Shown: positions 53,295-58,973 of the stretch, one piece after another
How positions within the stretch are numbered: position 1 is the first letter of the stretch
Layout: each line of letters begins with the position of its first letter
From: a virus
Taxonomy: Duplodnaviria; Caudoviricetes
Length of the DNA: 58,973 nt
IMG/VR virus record: IMGVR_UViG_3300007735_000765
Span: 1 to 58,973 of that record
Strand: one strand, 5' to 3'
Translations under genes and position numbers: made by a program
Notes under the pieces: model-generated
The model's input: only the letters and a program-made list of their open reading frames with translations
Told to the model about the DNA's origin: nothing
Database searches by the model: none

Positions 53295-53913
53295 AGTTTA
53301 AGTCTCCTCTAAAGATAGGAATTAACTTTCTGTCCTCGGGATAAAGAATAGTATTTACGGTATAATAGATATCGAATTCTTTTAACACTTGCTCGTAGTA
53401 GGCTATGCGTACCTGATTCCAAGGTTCGTTCATAATATTAACGTGTAAAAATTTATCCCGGGGCAATCTATTTTTAAGATCGATTAATTTACTAAAGAAC
53501 TTTTTCTCGTCGATGTACTCTGAATGTACACTAATAGACAGGTTATCTATTAGCGCCAATGCCTTTATGTAATAGTTGGCGCTAGCCGTGCCATTTGAAG
53601 TTAACACTAATTTAGCTATTTGATCTTTATACTCTGTTCTTAACCATTCTAAGAAAGGTAGAAAATTCTTTTGTGTAGTAGCTTCGCCGCCAGAAAAACA
53701 AATTTTATACCTAAGCCCAAGATGTTTGGTTTTTGTGTATATGTCTACCCAAAAATTTTGCAGTTCTTCTAATGCGTATATTTTACCAGTGGGGGAATGT
53801 AACTTGGGATGACAATAGGCGCAACTTTGATTGCACCTATTACCTAATTCCCAGGTTATCACGAACCAGTTATCAATTGGTTCTACACGAATTATTTTTT
53901 TATCATTCGACAT
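53248..53913 (-). CDS. Radical SAM protein (core only)
   Basis: CNQSCAYC, FSGGE, TSNG and SVHSE. Confidence 0.85.
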   Translation of the reverse strand: MSNDKKIIRVEPIDNWFVITWELGNRCNQSCAYCHPKLHSPTGKIYALEELQNFWVDIYTKTKHLGLRYKICFSGGEATTQKNFLPFLEWLRTEYKDQIAKLVLTSNGTASANYYIKALALIDNLSISVHSEYIDEKKFFSKLIDLKNRLPRDKFLHVNIMNEPWNQVRIAYYEQVLKEFDIYYTVNTILYPEDRKLIPIFRGDLNFDLSKSPKLQLQNNS

Positions 53914-54982
53914 CTTGGTCGACTGCTGTGTCCAAGTCAATTTTTTTATCTAGTTTATGCGGATATTTAGTAATATCTGCCATGACTGTGTCCAAACAAC
54001 CATCGTCGTTACGTTCCCAACCTTTGCGGAACTTCTTAATAATTTCGCCTTCGGCTGTAGTGTATACCAGGCTGTTGCCTTCTTTCTTCAGCATTTCTTT
54101 GCCTTCGATCAAATCAACTAAACCACTGTAAGGATTCATACCTGTTTCGTAAGGAATCTTAACTTGCACACTTTCAAAAGGCTTGGCATAACGTGTTTTC
54201 ATAATCTTACAGGCAGCACGGATACCTTTGACTTCAGAGATCTTGTTGCCGTCTTCGTCTTCTTTCAACTTCAACTTACGCATAGCAACAACAATAGAGC
54301 TTGCGTAGATAAAGCCTTGACCGCCACTAATTTTATCGTCAGGATCAAACATGTCCTGACTAGCGTATGTATGATTGGTACAGACTAGGCCGAGATTCAA
54401 GTCACCGAACATGTTAACGCAATTACGCACCAACGCAGTCAGGGCCTTGGGCTTACGTCCCATATCCCCTTTTAAGTCACCAGCTTCAAACTGGTTAACG
54501 TCCGTTGGCGTTAAAAGCATACCCAGCGAGTCTAGTACGAACAAGACCTTAGGACGCTGATCTTCTGGCAGTGTTTTGTATTCTTTTACAAATTCCGAAA
54601 TCATTTTAGCTACGTCATCAATCATAGCCATGTTAAGTTTAAGTAGCTTGTCCTCAGACGTATCAACTCCGAGGGCGTGTAGCCATGCTTCATCAAGAGC
54701 GTTTTCAGTGTCGATAAGAATAACATAAATGCCTTGTTCTTGAGCATTTTTAACAAGGTTGCCCGAGCAGATAAAGGATTTGCCTGCACCAGATTCCCCA
54801 GCAAACACCGTAACCTTACCCATCGGTATACCGCGGTTAAAATCGCCACTAATAAGATAGTTAAGAGCGTAGTTGTTTGTGGAGATCCAGTCTGTGGGGT
54901 CGTTAAATCCAACGGAAATACCGTCGATGCTTTTAGTAATTGTTTTGCGAAATTTGCTTACGTCGAATGGTTTTGTTGCCAT
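53903..54982 (-). CDS. uvsX: UvsX/RecA recombinase
   Basis: GESGAGKS, IDTENA, VLDS and NHTY...SGG. Confidence 0.9.
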   Translation of the reverse strand: MATKPFDVSKFRKTITKSIDGISVGFNDPTDWISTNNYALNYLISGDFNRGIPMGKVTVFAGESGAGKSFICSGNLVKNAQEQGIYVILIDTENALDEAWLHALGVDTSEDKLLKLNMAMIDDVAKMISEFVKEYKTLPEDQRPKVLFVLDSLGMLLTPTDVNQFEAGDLKGDMGRKPKALTALVRNCVNMFGDLNLGLVCTNHTYASQDMFDPDDKISGGQGFIYASSIVVAMRKLKLKEDEDGNKISEVKGIRAACKIMKTRYAKPFESVQVKIPYETGMNPYSGLVDLIEGKEMLKKEGNSLVYTTAEGEIIKKFRKGWERNDDGCLDTVMADITKYPHKLDKKIDLDTAVDQDVE

Positions 54983-54994
54983 GATTATTGTCCT

Positions 54995-55762
54995 TTAATG
55001 TAATTCAATGAAATTAGATTCTAATCTAAAATTTTTGTAAACTAATTGTCTGTAGTTTAGCAGATTGTCCTCGAGCCTGTCAAAATTTGCCAATCCAATT
55101 CTGTCGCCTTGCAATCGCTGTTGTCCAAATTCTTTGGGTACACCATAAACTCTGGGTCTAGCTAAACTCATTGTTAGTTCTGTATATATCTCTTTAAAAT
55201 TGTTTGTGTCACTGTCAGTGATCGCTGTATCAAAATTTATCCACTTGTTAAATGTACTGCGGCCAAGATTATTATAGTTTATAGACAGACCTGCTACACC
55301 TTGCATAGTAAGATCTTTGTCGAAAATGTTTTCAAAGCTCGCTATATCGTTGATTAATGTAAAAGAATCAAACTGCTGTTCAGCAGAATGAATCAATTTG
55401 TTTAACTGATAAAAATGAAATGAAGAGCCAGATTCTATAGATTCGCAGATTGTAGAAATTTGTGGATGCGTTTGATACAAAGTTACCCATTCCCTGTGTA
55501 GTTGATTTAACAATCGTTGATCATGCCAATTCGGATCAGGGATATCAAAGCAAAAAATTTTAAATTTTTCTTTGAGTAATCGATTAACTACAGACAAACT
55601 TTCGTTGAGCTGTGCAAATAAGTCAGTATGATCTATGTGCATAGAAATATATCTATTTCGATCAAACAAATTTAATTGCTCAACAAAATACTGATATAAA
55701 TCAATGTTGCAGGGAATAAGAGATATCTCGTCCCCAGTAGAAGACCATACTAACTTATGCAT
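54995..55762 (-). CDS. Hypothetical protein
   Basis: 255-aa ORF; LNQLHREW...LNKLIH. Confidence 0.6.
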   Translation of the reverse strand: MHKLVWSSTGDEISLIPCNIDLYQYFVEQLNLFDRNRYISMHIDHTDLFAQLNESLSVVNRLLKEKFKIFCFDIPDPNWHDQRLLNQLHREWVTLYQTHPQISTICESIESGSSFHFYQLNKLIHSAEQQFDSFTLINDIASFENIFDKDLTMQGVAGLSINYNNLGRSTFNKWINFDTAITDSDTNNFKEIYTELTMSLARPRVYGVPKEFGQQRLQGDRIGLANFDRLEDNLLNYRQLVYKNFRLESNFIELH

Positions 55763-55787
55763 AGAAATAAGGGCCCTAAGGCCCTTT
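55763..55787 (-). terminator. Probable intrinsic terminator after the SSB gene
   Basis: AAGGGCC-TTAG-GGCCCTT-ATTTCT. Confidence 0.6.
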
Positions 55788-55789
55788 GA

Positions 55790-56797
55790 TTACTTGCTTT
55801 GACGGCTACGAATCATTGCCAGAATGTCTTCTGCACGTTGGCTACTGGGTTTAGCAGCCTCCACAGGTGCAGTCACTGGTGTGTCGTCAGTGTCAAATGG
55901 AGCGTCATCGTCTTGTGCCACCGGAGTAGGTGCTGCCTTGGCCACTGGCGCAGGAGTAGGTGCTGCCTTAGGAACAGATGCGGAAGATCCGCTGTCGTCG
56001 TTGCCTGCATTATAACCGGCAGGTTTGTAGAATTGACCCCAACGTTCTGGATCATAAGGTTCGCCGTCCACAGACGCTTCGAACATTTCTTTGATAATAG
56101 CAAGTTCTTGCTCAGTGGGTTTCTTTGGCAAGAAGTCTGCTAGGTTATACAGACCGAACTGCTCCACTGCGGCAAGTTCGTCTGAGGTCAATGCGCTGGG
56201 TTTACGTGCCCATGTGCTGGTGCTATAGTCAGCATAACCGCCTTTGCTGGTTTTCTTAACGCTGAAATCCACACCATTTTCATAGTCTGTGGGCATGTTA
56301 TCGAACTCTGGATCCATCAGTGCGTTCTTGATCAAGTTAAAGATCTGGGGACTGATGATGAAACGACGGATTGGATTTTCTGGAGTCTTGTCGTCGCTTA
56401 ATGGGTTGTCTCGAACAAAACCTTGGAACAGATATGATTTCTTTTTCCAATACTTGTTTGCTGTTTCTTTAAGACTTTCGTCTTTGTACCAAGGACGAAC
56501 TTCTGCTAGCACAGGGCAAGCTTCGCCATACATTTCCATGCAAGGAACTTGTACGATAACAGGCTTGCTGTCTACTTGGCCTTTGATGCCTGCAAAAGGA
56601 AGTTTGATGATTAAACGCTCAACCCAAAAGTAAGTGTTTTTAGTGTTTGCGTCGGGGAGGAATCGGATACGGCTTGTGGAGCCTTCTGCAATGTTCCAGT
56701 GTGGATAGATAGCGTTGTCGCCACCAGTTGAGTTACCGCCTTGACGGTTTTCTTGTGCTTTAAGTTTTGCACGAATTTCTGCTAAAGATGTTGCCAT
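55790..56797 (-). CDS. Single-stranded DNA-binding protein (T4 gp32-like)
   Basis: IRFLP, C...CPV, GYADYSTS and acidic/Pro-Ala tail. Confidence 0.85.
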   Translation of the reverse strand: MATSLAEIRAKLKAQENRQGGNSTGGDNAIYPHWNIAEGSTSRIRFLPDANTKNTYFWVERLIIKLPFAGIKGQVDSKPVIVQVPCMEMYGEACPVLAEVRPWYKDESLKETANKYWKKKSYLFQGFVRDNPLSDDKTPENPIRRFIISPQIFNLIKNALMDPEFDNMPTDYENGVDFSVKKTSKGGYADYSTSTWARKPSALTSDELAAVEQFGLYNLADFLPKKPTEQELAIIKEMFEASVDGEPYDPERWGQFYKPAGYNAGNDDSGSSASVPKAAPTPAPVAKAAPTPVAQDDDAPFDTDDTPVTAPVEAAKPSSQRAEDILAMIRSRQSK

Positions 56798-56956
56798 GAT
56801 GTATTTCCTTTATAAATTAAGATGGTCTTTGTTGTGCCTAGATATACTACACACCCTTGCATAGTATAACATTAGTATTTAGTCTGTCAAGACAAAAAGT
56901 GAAAATTTTGTTTAGCACAGTTGATTAGTGTAACTGTGTTTTTGACTTAAATCAAA

Positions 56957-58354
56957 TTATTTGGTGATACCCGCCAACTGTTTGATAAAGCTGATATCTT
57001 CGTGAACACCGTGATTGGTCAGTTCTCTATCAAATGTTGTGCTACCATAAGTGCCATGACCATAGTCAAATACCCTGAACTCAGGAAACTCCATGTCGGG
57101 ATCTGCGGCGGCAATGATGTCTTTGGCTCGCTCGATTTCTTCTTTGCTTTCCAAATAATATTTGCCATTGTCGAATCGATACTCGAATCCGTTTTCATCC
57201 AATAGCTTAGATATACGTTGATCGCTGTCTCCGTCGTCTAAGATGTCCCCGGCGTCGTTGGTAGGAATATTGTTAGCAAAAGGACTAAACTCGCCTATGT
57301 CGTCATCTTCTTCAATATACTCTGCTACAACACCGTTGGCCCAAGATTCAAATTCTTCTGCTGTTTTAGTTTTTCTTTCGGTATAGGCACGCTGTACTAT
57401 TGGCAACGCATCGGCAATACGTTCATCGAATACTCTGCGAGTGAAACGTTCTTTGATTTCATTTATATCAATGTCTGTTTCATCTAGTAGTTCGGGTTGC
57501 CAAAGTGACTTATATTGTTGATAACCGCGCTGGCTTCTTAGTGTAAACAAGTCTCTGTGCAGTCGGCCGTAATGGTCGATAGCACTTTCAATCATGGCAG
57601 ATGTTTCTGCATCTTCAAATGTTTTACCTCTAACATTACGCACAAAATTTTTCAATGAGTTCATCTCGCTGATAATTTTTGTAATATGCCGTCCAAAATC
57701 GTCGTGCAGTGCGCCGCCATTTTTAACATGCCTTGCATAGACTCTTGCCCCATTAAAAGTAGTGCCGTCTGGACAGCGTACACGCTCTCCTAAGGAATTC
57801 TCGATGTAGAATGCATGGACATTTCTGCTTCTTGCACCAGGGATAGTTTCGTCTACTATGGGCTTACTGTGTCTAGCAATAATTCTTACGTCTTCTAATT
57901 TTTGATAGCTACTACGTCGAGTACCATAGAGTTTAGATTCTGTGACCGAACCTTCTACATCGTTTTTACTAATGTTGTTAGTATTATTTGTAGCTGTACG
58001 TAGATCTTTGAGTTCAAGGCCGCTTTTAGCAATATCTCTGACGTCAAAGTTTAACATATTACGCTTGGCAAACAATCTGATATTCTTTAAAAAATCATAC
58101 CAGGTATGACGTTCACTGTCATCCATGTCACTGTCTATTTCTTTGTCGAAATAAACTTTTAGACTATCATTGTCTGCCAAACTAATAGTAATGTTGCCGT
58201 AGTTTTTATCTGCTACTGTAAAGTCAAAATTGAAAAATCTTGCCTGCTCAGGGTCTACGGTTGCTTTAGCGTTTTCATCTCCGATACTAACACTGGAAAA
58301 TCTACTACGGATTTTGTCAAAAAGATTTTCAGCGGTTTTTTCAATATTGATCAT
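56957..58354 (-). CDS. Conserved hypothetical phage protein
   Basis: 465-aa ORF with TAAATA upstream and C-terminal IKQLAGI. Confidence 0.65.
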   Translation of the reverse strand: MINIEKTAENLFDKIRSRFSSVSIGDENAKATVDPEQARFFNFDFTVADKNYGNITISLADNDSLKVYFDKEIDSDMDDSERHTWYDFLKNIRLFAKRNMLNFDVRDIAKSGLELKDLRTATNNTNNISKNDVEGSVTESKLYGTRRSSYQKLEDVRIIARHSKPIVDETIPGARSRNVHAFYIENSLGERVRCPDGTTFNGARVYARHVKNGGALHDDFGRHITKIISEMNSLKNFVRNVRGKTFEDAETSAMIESAIDHYGRLHRDLFTLRSQRGYQQYKSLWQPELLDETDIDINEIKERFTRRVFDERIADALPIVQRAYTERKTKTAEEFESWANGVVAEYIEEDDDIGEFSPFANNIPTNDAGDILDDGDSDQRISKLLDENGFEYRFDNGKYYLESKEEIERAKDIIAAADPDMEFPEFRVFDYGHGTYGSTTFDRELTNHGVHEDISFIKQLAGITK

Positions 58355-58364
58355 AATAATATAT

Positions 58365-58889
58365 TTATACTTTAGGGTAAAACCAGGTGTAGCTACAAAG
58401 TCTGTACTGATTAGCGGGAACGCTGGCTGTCATTCCATGAAATTGCTGGCTGTTATTGATCATGAAATACCCCGTGTTCTTTTTATATTGGAATTCTTTT
58501 CTAATTTTGTCTTGACTATAGAATGCAGTGCCTGGTAACTGTTGATTATCCCAGAGATAAATCTGCATGCTAGCAGTTACTCTATCATTGTCTAAATGCT
58601 TGTTCACAGTAAAACCGGGCTCATCTAACCAAAAACCGGTATCGCAGGATACGCTAGCATATCCAGTGGCTTGTTCAAACTCGTCCAACAATGTTTTTGT
58701 ATAGCTGTCAAATTCTCTAGTAATATCGTTGTCTGACAGTCTTCTACGTAACCAATCTGACTGTTGATCTTCTCTACTCCATTTTGCAGACAACGCATAA
58801 TCCACAGACATTTTATTCAATAAGTGTTCGGGATATATATCCTCAACTAAAAATAAATCGGGTATCGTATCTACTACTGTAATTTTCAT
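58365..58889 (-). CDS. 2OG-Fe(II) oxygenase
   Basis: HLD...QIYL...FHG...R. Confidence 0.75.
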   Translation of the reverse strand: MKITVVDTIPDLFLVEDIYPEHLLNKMSVDYALSAKWSREDQQSDWLRRRLSDNDITREFDSYTKTLLDEFEQATGYASVSCDTGFWLDEPGFTVNKHLDNDRVTASMQIYLWDNQQLPGTAFYSQDKIRKEFQYKKNTGYFMINNSQQFHGMTASVPANQYRLCSYTWFYPKV

Positions 58890-58973
58890 ATCATTATAAA
58901 AGGCATAGGCATTAAAACTTCCTCGTTAGAGTCTTTGAGTTTTTCATCTAAGTTAGGATCAAATTCTCTGAGC
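58886..58973 (-). CDS. C-terminal fragment of an ORF entering from the right edge
   Basis: ...FDPNLDEKLKDSNEEVLMPMPFIMI*; ATGA overlap with the next gene. Confidence 0.5.
   Translation of the reverse strand, partial: LREFDPNLDEKLKDSNEEVLMPMPFIMI

Overview
This is a 59-kb segment of a large T4-superfamily (myovirus-like) phage genome, almost entirely encoded on the minus strand and read with the standard genetic code. The left and right flanks carry replication and recombination genes: a gp41-like helicase N-terminus, gp61 primase, gp62-like clamp-loader subunit, a 192-aa mini-DnaE, UvsW, UvsY, UvsX/RecA and gp32 SSB. They also carry small early genes, a nucleotide-sugar cluster (RfbB, RfbH, epimerase, aminotransferase, split TPP enzyme), NadE and desaturases. 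The centre (27.5-49.5 kb) is a translation/RNA island. It holds 37 tRNA-like genes covering all 20 amino acids, several with strongly non-canonical structure, plus an RNA end-healing and ribosome-rescue gene set and a DUF2828 (Ro60/TROVE-like, vWA) gene. Three hand-read signals stand out. (1) A dispersed family of six small RNAs shares a covarying 7-bp closing stem, a CAGCA motif and a 3' GUU. Three lie directly upstream of the Ro-like gene, one is a YrlA-type permuted tRNA mimic, and the short members each display a different anticodon stem-loop (Trp, Lys, Thr), suggesting a Ro/Y-RNA anticodon-decoy system. (2) At the head of the array, a 47-codon leader ORF containing all 20 amino acids overlaps an antiterminator/terminator pair, a candidate translation-sensing attenuator. 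(3) A 99-nt tRNA-Ile(UAU) carries a second, GAU-type anticodon hairpin in its variable arm. All calls come from reading the sequence by eye; no searches or folding programs were run.
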